Assembly (NCBI GenBank): GCA_036172245.1
Contig: JAYWIR010000018.1
Coordinates: 1,550,001-1,614,000 of the forward strand
Direction: 5' to 3'
Length of the DNA stretch: 64,000 bases
From: Raillietiella orientalis
Taxonomy: Eukaryota
The notes below the pieces were generated by a model. The model had not been told where the DNA came from and ran no database searches. It worked only from the letters and a program-made list of their open reading frames with translations. Positions 11,306 to 25,385 of the stretch are shown here, piece after piece. The position numbers and the translations under genes were made by a program. Each line of letters begins with the position of its first letter. Within the stretch, counting starts at the first letter, position 1.

Positions 11306-11474
11306 CGACAGCGGAGCCGGCGGTCGGCGCGCATCGCCTTCCCCATCGCCCTACCCATCGCGCCAGCCTTCGGCTCCTCGGTCCCCAGTCCGGACAGGCC
11401 CCGGCGGAAGAGATGGAAGAGGGGCCACGGATGAGCGGCGGCGGTCGCGAGCACGGCCGTGGAGGCTGCGCCCG

Positions 11475-11642
11475 TTATTTATTACCCCGCGTGCTTGTGA
11501 TCGGCTGCTGCTGCTGCTGTTGCCGCCCCGCTCGCGACGGGCGCGCGCACCCGCCCGGGCGGCGACCCACCCAAAGTTATTTTTCTATAAGTTATGACGA
11601 CTCCCCCCTTCCCGTGAAAGGGGTTTCCCAAGTGGCAATAAA
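11475..11642 (+). terminator. PIM 3' UTR signals: ARE nonamer TTATTTATT (11475-11483) and polyadenylation signal AATAAA (11637-11642)
   Basis: AT-rich motifs stand out in GC-rich sequence 170-340 nt after the stop. The AATAAA runs into a genomic A tract, so it could be partly coincidental. Confidence 0.55.
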
Positions 11643-14600
11643 AAAAAAAAAAAGAAAACCTGAGTGTGTCGGCAGACCCATCCCCGGGACTGTCTTGTCA
11701 TTTGCACGGGAGATGAGGGATAGGGGCGATGATCACGTCCCCCCACCCTCGTTTCCCACTCCCGCCAACGTCTTCCGACTCCCACTCCCCGGATGCATCG
11801 TCGTCGTCGTGGGGTCATCGCCGGCTCACGTAGTTCCTCGTCGTCCCCTCCAGTGTCCCCTTCCCCATGGACAGTGCCTGTGGTTCTCCGTGATCACGCT
11901 TGCGCTTTTCCTCCCAGCTTTCCTGCACTGCCCGTGTGCCCCAAACCCTCCTCCCTCGTACGCTTCCCCCTTGGCCCTCGGAAGTGCTCTCTCCCCCTCC
12001 TCATCTCCTTCAACCTTCTTCCTGCCTATTTTCTGCTTGATACCGGCAAGACGGTGAGCGCCCTGGAACTTTCCCTCCAGTCCAACTCCAGTGCTCACTC
12101 TCTCTTCGCGGGAAGTCCAGGGAAGGAAGGAGCGTGAGCTCATCCTACCTCTTTCCTCCTCCCCCCGTCCTCGTCCTCATGGACGCCATCCTCCTGTCCG
12201 CCCGGATTCGCGGTTGTGTGCGTTTTTTTTTTTTTTTTTTTACGATGGGCGGAACTGTTGCTTTGGTCTTCAAAGCCCCAGGCCCTTCCTCCTCGACGCG
12301 ATGAAAGCCCCGCCGGATGAGCGCCAAGAGGTCCGTCACCCACCAGCAACGCACCCTTCCTTGTTACGCTCCCGAGACGTTCTGTGAGAGCGAACCCCCT
12401 TCCTCTGCCATGCACCTTCTTCCCGCGCAGGGCGGCGAGGGGTAAGGGGGTTAGCTCGCGCGCCCCTCCCCCACCTTTCCAGCCGACGCGGCGGCGCGCG
12501 CACACACGCGCGGGGTTCCCCCAAAGATGACGTTTCCTCCTCCTCCCGCTGGTCTTTTGTCTCGCGCGAACCTCGCGCCGAAACGGTCGCCACGGCGACG
12601 GGTAATCATCCTTGTTCCAGCCTTGAATTCCAGAACGTCTTTTTACCTCGGCGGAGCGCCTGAGGGTTATTTACATTCCTTTCGCGCGTTTTCCTGACCC
12701 GCCAGACGGAGCCGAACTATGCGGATCGAGATGCGCGCGCGTTGCTGGGCGACCGTTCGAACTGGAATGCCGCGGCACGGAGGAGACGGCTGAACCGCCG
12801 CCGCCGCCACGCGCGCCTGGGCCGCCGCCGCTGCTTTTCGTTTCCGGCGTGCGAGCACGTGATCGCCGCCGCTGCCGTGCTCACGAAGTTCCCTCGGATA
12901 CCCCTGTCCCATGCGCTCCCGGATGCCGGGCACCCGGGCTCTGGAGAGGAGGAGGAAAAAAAGGGGGGGCGCTAGCCCCAAGCACGCGCACATTCCGCGT
13001 CGTCTTCTGACCTTTTAAAACGAGAAGCGCGCGGGGGAGGAGGAGGAGGAGGAGCACGGGCGACAGTCTGGACGGTTGCTCGCGCGCGTGCAGATCCCGT
13101 CGCCCATCCGGTTCTGCGGTTCCGGATGCACGCTCCTTCCCCTCCCGTCCCTTGCAGTTCTCTCCGGTCTGCTTCCACCTCCTTTCCTCCCCCCCCCTTT
13201 TCCTCCTTCTCCCCTTCCTTTATTCCTCCCCGTTTCCCGGCTTCTTTGAGGCCTTTCCCACCTGCCTCAGGCGCCCTTCCAGGTCACGGGAAACGGTACT
13301 TCCCGGGAACCGCCCCTGTCGTCATCAGTGTGATCCACCTGCGGGTGCTCGCTCTTCTCCGCCGCCTCCCTTGACGGACATTCGTCTGGTCGAGCGCTCC
13401 ATCTGTCGAACACCCGCGAAACTGCTTCTGTGGCGCGCGCGGAGAGAGCCAAAGCCAGGCGGGGGACGAAGTTCTTTTCTTTGACCCTCCTCCGAGGTTT
13501 GCTGCCCGGCGCCCGCCCAAAGATGTGGCACGCCTCCGGCATGCACCCAGCTCCACCCCGCGGGAAGTGCTTGCAGTCTTCTCTTCCCTCAGGGGGAGTA
13601 GGACTTCCCCTTCCCTTGCTGTCCCATCGCCCCAGGGTAAGGAGGTGCGCACAGTGCTCCCGCCTCGGGAGCAGGTGGTCCCCAAGAATGTTCCTTCCCA
13701 GAAATTCCGCTCCGTCCCGTTGCCAACGAAGGACCGCTACTCTTCGACTGGCACTTTTCGCTCTCGAGCGCTTCCTGGTCTAAGCAGCAGCGTTACCAGG
13801 GAGACGGCTCGCTCCGCGAGCAAAGCGAACGAGTGGCTGCGTAGCGGAGTGTGTGCCTGCGTGCTTGGGCGCGCTTTCGCGGCCTCTGCCTTTACCAGCG
13901 AAGGAAGGACCGTGTCTTTTTGCTCCTGGCGCGAGTCCTCTTACGGAGCCAACGGCGCGCGCGCCGCGTAGCAAGCGCCTGCGGGGGTTGCCCTCGTGCC
14001 GATAAAGGGGAAGACAACGAGAAGAAGGGGGAAAAAAAAGTTCTTAGGACGAAAGAGAAGAACGCATGCGTGTTGCACGCAACAGCTTGCACATGAGACT
14101 GCTGCTGCACGCATCATCCTCAACAGAAACAGGCCCTTGGGGAGGACAGGCGCGTCGCGCCCCTTCGGCTGCTTACGTACACCGCGGGGTTCATGACCCG
14201 CATCCATGCATGGCTGTGGTCCCGCCAAGGAGCCCTTCCGACTTTCCTGTGCTCTCCTGAGTTTCATCCATCCATCCCCGGCTTCCTGTCGGGAGAACGA
14301 CAGGTCACCGCTCTGGAAGAGCCCACGTTTTGAGGAGCTGGTGCCGAGCCCCCCAAGGCGTTGGCTGGACACGTTGCGGAGAGCATCCTGTTGCTTTCGA
14401 GGGTGCAGCTGGGAGCAAGAATTGGATCCGCCCAAGGAACGCACCCTTCCGCAGACTTGTCCTTGTTTTCCCATTGGACGGCTCACTGCGCTCGTCTCCA
14501 CGGGACTCCGGAAGGGGGAGGGGGCTCGTGCAGCGGATGGCTCTCAGACCGGGGCAGGACCTCAAGGGAACTCGACTGTGGCGCAGCGGCCACTGGCGAG

Positions 14601-15049
14601 GGGGGGGGCGTCCTTTTTCCCAGACCCCATTCGCGTGTGCTGCCCCACCACGTGCACCCGGCTCCCACGTGCTGCTAGCCGTGGCGGACGGGGGAAGCAG
14701 CCAACTCGTGCCCAAGGCAACGAACTACTCATTGTCATCAAGCGGTTTTCACCGCTCCGCGGGCTCAGATCGACCCGCGGCGAGCGGCGGCACCGTGCTC
14801 TCTAGGGCACCACCGGCAGAACGGGTCGCTTGCTGCCACCCGGATGCGTGACCTCGTAACCAACGCAACCGCGGCCGCTCCTGAGGGGGAGGAAGTTTTT
14901 CCTGAAGAGAGAGAGGGGGGGGAGAGTTCGCCTCTTTTTGTTGGACGAAGGGATGACTCCTCGGTGGATGGGGTGCTTGCCGAGGCCGCTTTCCAGAGCT
15001 TTCTCTCAATCTGAGCCTGAGCTCTTGGAGCTGCCTTTCTGGAATGAGA

Positions 15050-17220
15050 TTCGTCGAGCGAACAGGGGTCCAGGAGTCGACCTGGAGTCCGGCTCCCAGA
15101 CGAACCCTCCGTCTGCTCTTCAACACCCTCCTCCCTCCTGAGCCCGCGGCAGAGGTTCCCCTCTCGTCGTCCTGCCCTCGCTTGGGAAAGGAGGGAAAAC
15201 CCTGCCTCAGCGAACGCTTTATCGGTGCTGCCTGGGTGTTCCCGTGCCTGTTTGGCTTCCTCTGCTGCTTTCGCCCAACGAAGTCCGCACGTAATCCCGG
15301 TTCCGGAAAGGCTTCTGGAATCGGATGGGGGAGGGGGCGCACTCCCAGGTTCGTCCTCCCGTTAGCCCTTTCGCCCCCACAGTCTTCTGTGCCCTTTGCG
15401 CCATTCTCTCCAACCCGCCCCTCCAGTTCATCTCCTTACTCCTCCTCCCTTCGGGAGCTGTCCGGTTCCGGTCTGAGCCTCTCTACCCTCCAGCCTCGAA
15501 AACCCCTCGCGTGGCCCCCTAAGAACGGTCCAGCGAGGCTGCCCGCTTTGAGCTTTCATCGACCTCGAGTTGGCCCCTCTCGGCCCGTTCTTGGAGGCGC
15601 CTCCGACAGCAGCAGCTGTCGGCCCGTCGTTCTCCGCGGAAGAGAGGCGTGGAGTCTCTCCCCGGAGCGCCTGGTGGCGGCAGTCGCGCGCCTGAGCCCC
15701 GGAGAGGAGCGTCCGTTCAGGTTTTGACGCTCGAGGGACCTTCAGTTAGGGAGTGGCCTCACGTGCGCGCCTCCGGGAAGGCAGACGGCTCGGAGGCTTC
15801 CAGCGCTCCGGCTGATGTGTGGAGCGCACGAAGCTCTTCTCGCTCCTATCGCCCAGCTGATGGATCCTTGACCAGCAGCTTCCACCAGCTTCGACCTTTC
15901 CCCCTCGTCTCTACCCCACTCCTCTCGTCAAAAGCAATGTGGAAGAAAAAGGAAAAAAAAAGGGTGGGACGAGGTGAGGTGTCTGTATGCACCCCGTATC
16001 TTCTCCTGAGCCACACCAAACCTCCCCTTTTAGCTACTGCTGCTGCTGCCGACCATCTCCTGGTCCTCTGAATCGCCGCCTTCATCTCTTGAGGCGTTCA
16101 GCACCCCCCTCAGGTCGCGTCCGCCGCGTTCCCATGTCCTGCCTCTTCGGCTGCCCTCCCCCTCCTTCGATTCCTGCCTTGCTCCTTTTTCTTGTGCAGC
16201 GCCGATTCCCTCCCTCCCCTTGCTGTCTCCCGCAACCGGACCGCTGCTTGTGCGGATGACTGACGAAGGAACCTGGAGGAGAAGGAAGACCGTTAAACGT
16301 GCACGCCCCGTCCCACCCACCGCATCCTTATGTCGGCCAAGCTCCCAGGACCTCCACCGCCCTCTCCTCCTCGCTCGGGTGTCGCTGACCGCTGCGCCGG
16401 AACGCAGGGCGATGCAGGAAAGGTTCACACGCGTTCCCTGACAACCCGTCGTCATTTGCGGCGAGCGCTGCGCCCGGCGGGCACCGAAAGGATGATGCCG
16501 TTCTGTGGTTGTCGGCGCGGGTTGCCGGCGGAGTCGCTTTTCTTGTCTTCCTGTTCCTGGAGTGGGGTTTTTGGGAAAGGGTAGGCGGGCTGGAGTAGCA
16601 AGGGGAAGGGTCCTGAGGATGCATGCTCGTGGCTTCGGCAGCTCTGCTTCCCCGGATGGTTGTCGGCCAACAGGAAGAGAGGTGGAAACTGTCGAGGAAG
16701 GGCTTTCTCTTTGAAAGTTCCCAGATTACCTGCAGGAGCATGAGGAAAGCTCCTCAGCACAAAGAGCGCCTTCCGGATAGCTCTGTCCTTCTTCAGGATG
16801 TTTACTGGACCCCCTTCCTACCACTTGATGGCTCCGAATTTGGTGGGTCCCCTGAACAGTGCTCTCTCTTTCCCCTAAGATCTTCTCTTCCCTTTCCTCT
16901 TCAGAGAGAGGGCGGGATAGGTGGTCCTATCTGGTATCTGGGAATGCATCCTCATAAAACCTCAGTGCGGCAGGCGCCGCTGCTTCCCAAATCCTTCTCG
17001 TGTCTGCGGAAATGCTTTGTGGGCCGGGTTTGGGCCGTTGGCGCTCCCTAGCCAAGTGTAGAAAACGACCCTGTCTCAGGGTGGCGAAGACGAGAATTTT
17101 CGGAGAGGCTGAGGGCGTTTTCCCCTGGAACTTCGAGTAGGGTCTGCCTAGGTCCGCCTCGCCTTGGGCGATGGCCTTTACCCGAAGAGGTGCATCCATC
17201 CGGGGACTAAGACCTCGCTC
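15050..17220 (+). mobile_element. Decayed LINE fragments (post-RT thumb region), probably two pieces
   Basis: STWSP..TLRLLFNTLLP and FLCCFRPT (15080-15280); GSPEQC, WYLGMHPHKT and FE*GLP (16840-17150), resembling KYLG..LD and LEYG. Confidence 0.35.
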
Positions 17221-18019
17221 CGGAAAGGAGCGAGCTGAGACCTCCCACGGCGCCAACGCTTAGCCCTCATCTCCTCTCCAGAGGGGCAGGAGCGCGTGGC
17301 ATTGCCAGGAGGAGGTAGAGCTGGGACGCACGGACCGAATCTGCCATCCGCGTGTCCCGGCTTCCTGGAGGTCCTGCCTCTGCCGAACCTCCCGCGAAGC
17401 TCCCTTCGTGCCACCTCCGCCTCAACGGGTCCCGGCGGAAAGAAGAAGAGCTTTCCCGAAACGGCCTGCCGGGAGAAGGACGCGAATCCGATCGAGAGAG
17501 GAGGGGGGGGGAGGCTGCGGAGAGGAAGAATCGGGAGGCAACGGATCTCCTCTCTTCTTCAACTTGGCTTTAGAGCCGTCACTGGCCGTCGAATCCTCCA
17601 GGTCCAGTTCATTCCGAGGTCTTCCCGTGGATTCGATCCCGCCCCCACTTCCGCCACAGGCTTCCGTTCGTGCCGCATGATCATTGCAAGTGGGGCGGGG
17701 AAGGAGGTCGAGTCCTCGAGTCTCGAAAGGATACCGCTGCCTCCACTCTTCCTCCCCTTCGAGGTCTCCTCCCACTAGAAGGGAGGGCAGAAAGGAGAAG
17801 AGACGTCTCCGCTGGATGGCGGCGGCGTCTACCGCACGGCTCAGCGGCGCCAAGGAGGCGGCGGTCACATATGGCCAAGGTCCTGCTTTGTCGCAACTGA
17901 TCCCGACAGCAAGTCTCTCCTCGGATGTGAAGGCTTTCGGGATGAAAGGTCCATCCCCTCCGGGAAGCGTGCGCATTGCGCGAAGCCCCTAAGCTGCGGG
18001 AGGGCATCACTTCTGGAAA

Positions 18020-18260
18020 TCTTGGAAGGAGTTCTCTTTCCGGGAAGGAAGCGGGACTCTCTTTCTAGGGAGCACCTCTCAACCGCGGTGACATGCCCCC
18101 CTCTTGTGATGATCGTCCAGAGAAGGGAGGGAGTAGGAGGGCACGTTGTGATGATCTTGCGTTCAGCAACGCATTCGTGCTGGAGTCCATCCTCTCAGCC
18201 CAAGGGCCACAGTCTCGAGCGCTTCTTTAACGCTAGGCTGAGCTTCCAGAGGAAGCGTCA
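18020..18260 (+). mobile_element. Decayed CR1-like fragment
   Basis: ILRSATHSCWSPSSQPKGHSLERF resembles RSILEY...WSP......LERVQ. Confidence 0.3.
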
Positions 18261-20499
18261 CAGCTCTAGGGAGAAGATGCCTGCGGAGCATCAGTCCCGA
18301 TGGGAGCCCCGAGCGAATGCACAGAGAAGGGTGAGATGTGGGATCACTCCCTTCCCTGTGCGCTCCCAAGAGCAGATCCTCCTCCTTCCCTGCATCCACT
18401 TTGCCCATTCCTTCCCCCCCCCCCCGAGCAAAAAAACTCCCTCATCCCTACTCCCTCCCCACGCAAGATTAGGAGTGAAGGGACTGCTGCCGCCCAGGCG
18501 CCCCCTTAACCCCTCCCCCATTCCTCTCTGCTTCTTTCCAGCCGCCGCGGCGACGGCGGCTGGAAAGCGGCGGCGCCGCTTCCCGCTTTTTCCCAGCCGT
18601 GTGGGAAAACGAGACTTGGGTAGGGAGGGGGGAGGGGCAACACCATGATGGATGCTTGGGGGGCCCTTTTCGCTTACCACCCGGCCCGCCGGGACGCTTA
18701 ACAAATGCGTGCGGGTCGCGGAGTGCCTGGGAGACAAGGATCAGATTTCTCTCCCCGATATTTCGGGATTTCCAGGAGGTGCGCGTTTCGGGCAGAGTCG
18801 AAAGAGCTGCTGAGGGTGGCAGAAGAACAAAGGCGATGGAGAAGAGAAGTGCCGGTCGGTGTGCACATCGAAAGAGGTGCTAGCGAGCATGGTCTGAGAA
18901 CCGGAATAGGCTGCACGGAGTCCCGGAGCCGCCGCCACACCTCGCTCCGAAGCAGCTGAGAGGAGGGAGCCGTCTCCTCGTTCTTTTATCCCCTACTGAG
19001 GCTGCTGCCGAGGCGGACCTGCCGCGTTCCCCGCATCTCCTGATGCCTTCCCTGGGACCAGGCCGGGAACGCTCGCTCGGTCTTCCCATCCCGCTCCCTG
19101 CCCTGCCGTCACTCGGCTTCGATCGTCTCATCGGCATCCTCCTCTTGACCGCTGGCATCTTCCGGCGGATGGGTGTGGGTGGACGCCCGCGCGTGGGACG
19201 ATGAAACGCAGTGCTCCTCCTTCCCGGAACCCGTGCGTCATCCAGCAACACGTCGTCATTCCAAAAAGGAAATTGGGCGGAAAACGTCCCTGACATCAGC
19301 GCGAGCCCTCACGCGTTGCCCATGGATCCAAGACCTCTTGGTTGCATCGGAGGAGGCAGTGAGACGGTCCCTCAGGACACCGCGCGAGCTCCCCGCCCCC
19401 ACGGGGCTGCCGCTTCCCGGATCTGTTCCCTTTCTCTGATGGCTCTAAGCGATGCTCCGCCGCCTCCGCAAAGCTTCGCAGCGGCAACGAGAAATTCCTC
19501 CGTCAGCAGCGACCCGTCGCGCGCAAGAGTCCGGAGATCCGCTGCTTTCCCACTTCTTCCTCCTCTCTTGCTGTCCAAGGAAGGACATCTGCTCACTCAC
19601 TCGTCGAGCTCCAGAAGATAAGCAGTACTCTCCAGTCTTGTAAGAAAAGGGTCTACCCGTCTCTATCCCACCTTCTCCCCCCTTCCTCTACTCAGACTGC
19701 GAGGGAAACGGGCACTTCAGGTCCCGTTGCCAACGGAGACTCTGACCGTACCGCCGAAGAGCTCTTTTATTTGGCGACCCGATCAGCGAGGAAAGTAGGA
19801 AAGGGATGCGCTGGGAGCGGGGAACTAGCTGACCTTGGAGACGACCACTGTGTTCCGGATGGACTCGTCTACGTGGCGGTGGCTTGGGTCCCCAGGACCC
19901 ATCTGCATCTGCATGCAAGGATTTGTGCTAGCCAAGCATCATCTCGCAGCGAGACGCTGCTGCCAGCGTGCGCGAAAATCGATCCAAACGGATTCTGATT
20001 CGCGGCTTTTCGTCTGCTGCTGAAGTGTCACGCCCTTTCATCTCCAAGGAGTCCCCTTGTTCCCACAGACCGCTTCCTCGCCCCTTTCCGGCAGTTCGGC
20101 CACCACCTCTCCTCTGCAGCTCTCAGGGCGGGAGTTTCTTCTTTTCTCCCCCCCTCCCTCGGCCTGTCCGCTCTTTGGGGAACCTCTCCTCCTTCCAGAA
20201 TCCTTTCTCCACATACTCCCCTCCCCTTCCTCCCAGATACGCCCCGGGCGTACCCGGGAGGCAATCCCCTTTCTCCCAGATTGGGCAACAATCTCCTCTC
20301 GATCTCTTCCTCCGCTCCAATTCCGTCTCAGAGATTTAGCTTACAATGCAGCTGGATTTGTGTGCCAGAGATCCAGGTGTTGCGTCATGTGTTCGTATGT
20401 ACCCCTTTTGCGCGGCCCTGAACAGCAACTTCTCATCTTTGGCACTTTTGGCAACCCTTCATCCGAAGACTCGTCTCGTTGAATAGACTGCGGGATGAA

Positions 20500-22700
20500 G
20501 ACACTCTGCTGATGCTGCTGTGACCGGGAGTTCAACAGATGCCCCACACAATCTGTACTTTCCTGGTTGCTCCCTCCTCATCTCCTATCCAAAGAAGTGG
20601 AGACGGCGGAAAGTGAAGATCAGTCCCATGAGGTGCCAGAAGCGTGGAACATGCCGAGAACTCTCTGATGGATGGGACATGGAAAAAGGATGTGATTGAC
20701 GTCATCGACTTTAGAGTTCTTGAGCCTGGCGTCTTTGGGGCTTGTTGGTACGTCCAGCGCTGCCATTCCGCACTGGCATTTGTGTCGATCTCATCCCGAT
20801 GCTCCTTAGTTTGGCGGTCTGTCGTCAGCTAAGGCAATGCTCTCCAATGCTCCTTCCATTTAGAAATTCTCCTCTGTTTCCATCAATATTGCCTCTGGAA
20901 AGGCTTCTCCTTTTCATAGCGAATGAAGAAGGGAGCCAAAAATGCGCTCACATTCATCTGTGCTACAGACCGAGCACGGAGTTCACTTTGCACATTTCTT
21001 TCATCTTCACGAGAGGACAGATCACGCTGCAACAACCGCGTGAAAACAGATTGAGTGCTTGCTCCAGATAAGCTGAAAGGGTGAAGCTTTCTTGTTGCCC
21101 ACCGGCAACCCAGCTTCACTCTCGCAAGACCAGCTAAGGAAGCAAAACGAATCGCTTCTGGATCACTATTCCCTGGATATGGGTTATTCCTGAAATCAAG
21201 ATGCCAGAGACTGCGCTACCTTCATCCTGAAGGATCTTGTTTCCTCTTCCAGAATCGTAGAGGGAAGAGCTTACATGCAGCCTCCAACGTCCAAGAAACA
21301 TCAAACTTTTCTGATTTCGGACAGACGATGCTCAGCAGCTCCCGAGACTTCCGACGCTCTTCAGATCTCGAACTTTTCTGAGAGGGCATATGCAAAGGGT
21401 GTACACACGTGATTTGTCAGCAGTCTTAAAGTAGCTCTTACAGCTTGTGCTCTCGAAGACCACATCTTAGGAAACCGCAATCTGAGAAACTCCGCGTTTT
21501 TTCGGGCCATAACACATGACTGCGAAGATCTTTCAAGTACCTTCTCATTATTTTTCAAGGGAATCACTTTTCCCCAGTGGTATCTTGTGCTGCTGTTGTT
21601 TTTTGCAAAAAAAGAATCCTTACTCAAGTTTATAGGCAATCGAGGAAGGAATGACACTGCAGTGGAATCTGATTCCCATGAAAGAAACGCCTAAGCGATG
21701 TCGATAGAATTGTTTTGATGAACTTGAATCGAACAGATGGTGGATGGAAGAGCAGGAGGTATCACTGCTTTTCCATCCTCTGTAGAACAAAAGAAAGTGT
21801 GGAAGGAAAGTCCTGTACGTACAACTGGAACTGCCAAAGGATGCAGTTTCGAGAGTAACCGCATGCAAGTGTATGCTCCTTTGCTAGCTGAGGAGCTGGC
21901 GCAGGGAAGAGAGTAGACTCCTGCCAGAAAGTGAGATAAAGGTACAGGGTTCTCTATTAGCAGCGTATAGATCTGATGGAACACCAGCAGTGTACGCATG
22001 TGCTCCGAGGTGCGACACTCGGTGGTTAATTCCGACTGACCCCTTCTTAGTGGATCGACAGAATGCGATTTGAGTGGGAGAGGTGAACATCATGCTTGAG
22101 GAAACCGAGAGAGTTCACGGATGCACGAAATCAACTCGGAAGCAGCAATACTGTTGCTTTCGATCTGGATATCGGTATGCAAAGCGGAAGAGGACGAAAT
22201 GCTGTTTAGGCGGACGGCTCATTCCGGAGAAGAAATCTGAAGGTGCAATTGGCGTGAAAAAGAAATGCTGCTTCTCGCAGAGGACATAGCAGGAACTTCA
22301 GAAAAGGCATTCGATCCTACTAGGGCATGCTTCCACGAGATTTTTTTGAAAAAAATCTGATGAAATAAATAGTGCTTCTTCGTGCTTTTGAAGACTGCCA
22401 ACATTCAATTTCTTTGAAATACTTTGGAATTGTTCTTGTATGGTCCCTGAAAGTCCCTGACACTCGAACAGGCGGGTCAGCTTCTTTTCTCTTTGCGTCC
22501 ATCGGGAATCTCAGGATAGGCTTTCATTTTCTGTGGCTCTTCACCTCTGCACTGAGGATGGTCACATGCTACTTATTTCAGGCCAACGACCTTATACCAA
22601 GGACGATTATTGATTCAGGGCATGTTCAATGATTCGTTCTTGCCTATAGCGCCTGTCTACAAGTCTTGGAGGTGAAGAGTTGCAAACAGTTGCTTAGTTT
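20500..22700 (+). mobile_element. Decayed LINE ORF2 (APE endonuclease to RT)
   Basis: Collinear remnants: EFN (~20530), VDLI..LSLA (~20785), EAKR (~21140), QQYCCFRSG (~22143), EKAFD (22301-22315), LKYFGIVL (~22415). There are many stops and frameshifts, and much of the RT core appears deleted. Confidence 0.55.
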
Positions 22701-25385
22701 AAGACTCAGGTAAAGCTTTAGATGCTTTTTCTTGGGATGCGAAAGCGATCCAGTATGGCGGTGGTGGCAGGGGAGTTTCAAACTGGTGGAGAGACTTTCA
22801 CAGAATTTCAATAGAGTAGTTTGCTAGGTTTTGTGCCATGGTGGTACTGCGTATCACTGATAAATCTATCATCATCTTACCGTTGAATCACTAGAAAGAT
22901 CCGGGGAGTGCTGTGTAGAATTTAGGACGCAAAAGATAGATAATAGAAATGGAAACGAACTCTTTTGCTTAAATATTGTTAATTGGAAGAGAGGATGGGC
23001 GTACGTTCAGATGCATGGCATGGTACTGCTGCTGCGAGTGTCCGTCTCTCCAGATGCGGCATCGCCTGTGCAAAACCACGGGGAATGGGAAAAGGGAGTT
23101 CTTGGAAAATTCAATCAATGAAGGAAGGATGTGCAAGATATCAGCTTTCTCGTCAGAGCTCCATTTTTATTTCTGCAACCACTGAGTGGGAGGCAAAATC
23201 GCATGCGAGGGTCTTCTATACCAAGCAGCTTTCGAATGCAGCATTGGAACGGAACCATTCCTTTCAAACAATAAATCGAGGGGCCTCATTCCACAAGATT
23301 TCCGGATGTGAGAAGACTCAGTGGTTGTTGTTAGTCGTGTTTTAAATCAGAAAGAAAAGTCGGATGTTTTTCGAACTTATTTTCCTGAACGACAGCGTTC
23401 TTCCCTTTTAGGATTGCTAGCATCTCACATTCTGACGAGTGCTTGAGGAATTTTGCATTATTAATCAGGTCTTTTATTGGCAACGACACGGATTCCAGTA
23501 GCAGTGGACACCAGCGTTCTTCTCCGAGCACAGATTCCTGACATTTGGGTGAAGCAGCTCTTTCCATTCATGGGTTTCGGCTTTGCGGATGGATATTCAT
23601 GATCAACTTTTCATTCTGTATTTTCGACCACTGCTTTCAGAGGAATTGTGGGCAACTTGTACGGAGAAGAACAGGAGCGCTACGGAAATCCATGCCTTAC
23701 CGGTTTTTCTCGAAGAAATCTGCCGAAATTTCCCGAATGCGCCAAGAAGACACGGAGTGTAACTTAACAGAAAACCAACAGAATTTAACGATCTATTTTT
23801 TCTTCTTCTTCTGTTGCTGCAGGATTTAAAACAATGCGATTATTGCGCAAGAAGCAGCGGTGATTCGGTTTGTTATGACTGCGACTTGTCTGCATTACTT
23901 CAATTGTTCCGCCCATTTCGGAATGCTCCACACTCAGAAGCCTTCATATGGGCCCGCCAGAAAGTTTGAAAAAACCACTCCGAGTTGGTCCAGGCGCTTG
24001 CTCCGCAGGTCGCTTTTATCTTTCAATGAATGAGCGAACGCCTCTTTAGAATTTCGCGTTCCGCAGTCCTGTGACGACGCGCTTTAAATTAGTGAGCAAA
24101 ACTGGAATTACCCTCGGTTTTTATTTATGCACTCCGAGGGTGACCCCCTCCTTCCCTTCAAGCTTCACATAACCTGAGGATCATTTTCCGGGAATAGCTT
24201 ACAGGTTTAACCGCTTGCAATCTACCGAACTCATCTATTAACGTTCTCCAATACGAGAAACTCATCTAGGCAGAAGGCATAATGAAATTGTTTCGAACGA
24301 ATAAAGGCCAAAAAAAAAGAAAAGAAAAGAAAGGATTCTCTCCGACTCTCCAGCTAAACTGAATGGCTGCTTATGTTTGGTTACAATAAGCCGACTGTTT
24401 ATTTTGCTATTCTTAAAAACGGTCCTTTCTTTTTTTTTTCCTTCCGTATTTGGGAACAAGCAAAGCATGATCTCGATTGAGCTTCCCAAAAGGAAAAAAA
24501 TTGAGCGACTCATTTGGATTCTTTGAATGAAATGTTACTTGAAATGAGAGCGGAGAGTATGAATTTTTCTTGCTGTTCGAATTAGCTACTGTCCGTTTTA
24601 TGGCGGTTTTATACATTAGTGACTGCGCATATCATAACGAGATTCGTTTTATTACTTCTTCCAAAGGCTTCTAGAAAACTCCTCTTTGGTGGAGATTTTC
24701 ATTCGTTTAAAGGTTTTCGCTTCTACTCAAGAGCTACCATGTGCATGTGTGCAGTCTCCTATGAGAATGTGAATCAACCCCTTTCTAGAGACGTGACTTT
24801 TATTGTCAGTGTACAGCGAGAATGATTTGAAACAAGCATGAAATTTGAGCACGAAATAATCACAGCTTTCCGCAGCATTTTGTGAGGAAAAACAAATTTT
24901 CCATTCCTTTTTTCCCCCCTTCTTCCAAGAGGCATTTACACGATGATAAATTCAATTTATTTTTTTTTGCTTTCAAAGAAACCAATACTTTCTTCTACTG
25001 AGAATGCAGCACGCGTTCATTTGCAAGAGCCCACGCACACATTTTAAGTAGCGTGTCCATTGCTTTAAGCAAAAGCGTTGTATGGCGTTTCCATTTCATT
25101 CGGCTGCTCGTACGTTTCGGTGAATCAGACACCGGCAGGCGTGCAGTGCGGAATTCCCCGAAACCGTCCGTAAGGCTACGAGAATGGAATACCGTAAGGC
25201 GTGCATCGTGCGTTCCGTTCTCTTCCCATGTGACCGCGGTTGACTTCAAAATATTGATTGAAGTTTTAATCACGCATCCGCAGAGTGTAGTACAGCGGCT
25301 CGGGGGTCCGACAGGCCGAGTTTAACAATGGAGTGGTCGGGTCGGCAACAATGCTGACGTGTCGACTGGGCGAGCCGGAAAGAGC

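Noticed and set aside
6939..24194. STAT-like sites: TTCCGCGGAA (6939), TTCCCGGGAA (13300), TTCCGGGAA (18038, 24186)
   Set aside because: Scattered, none in the proximal promoter, one inside a TE remnant; the number is compatible with chance.
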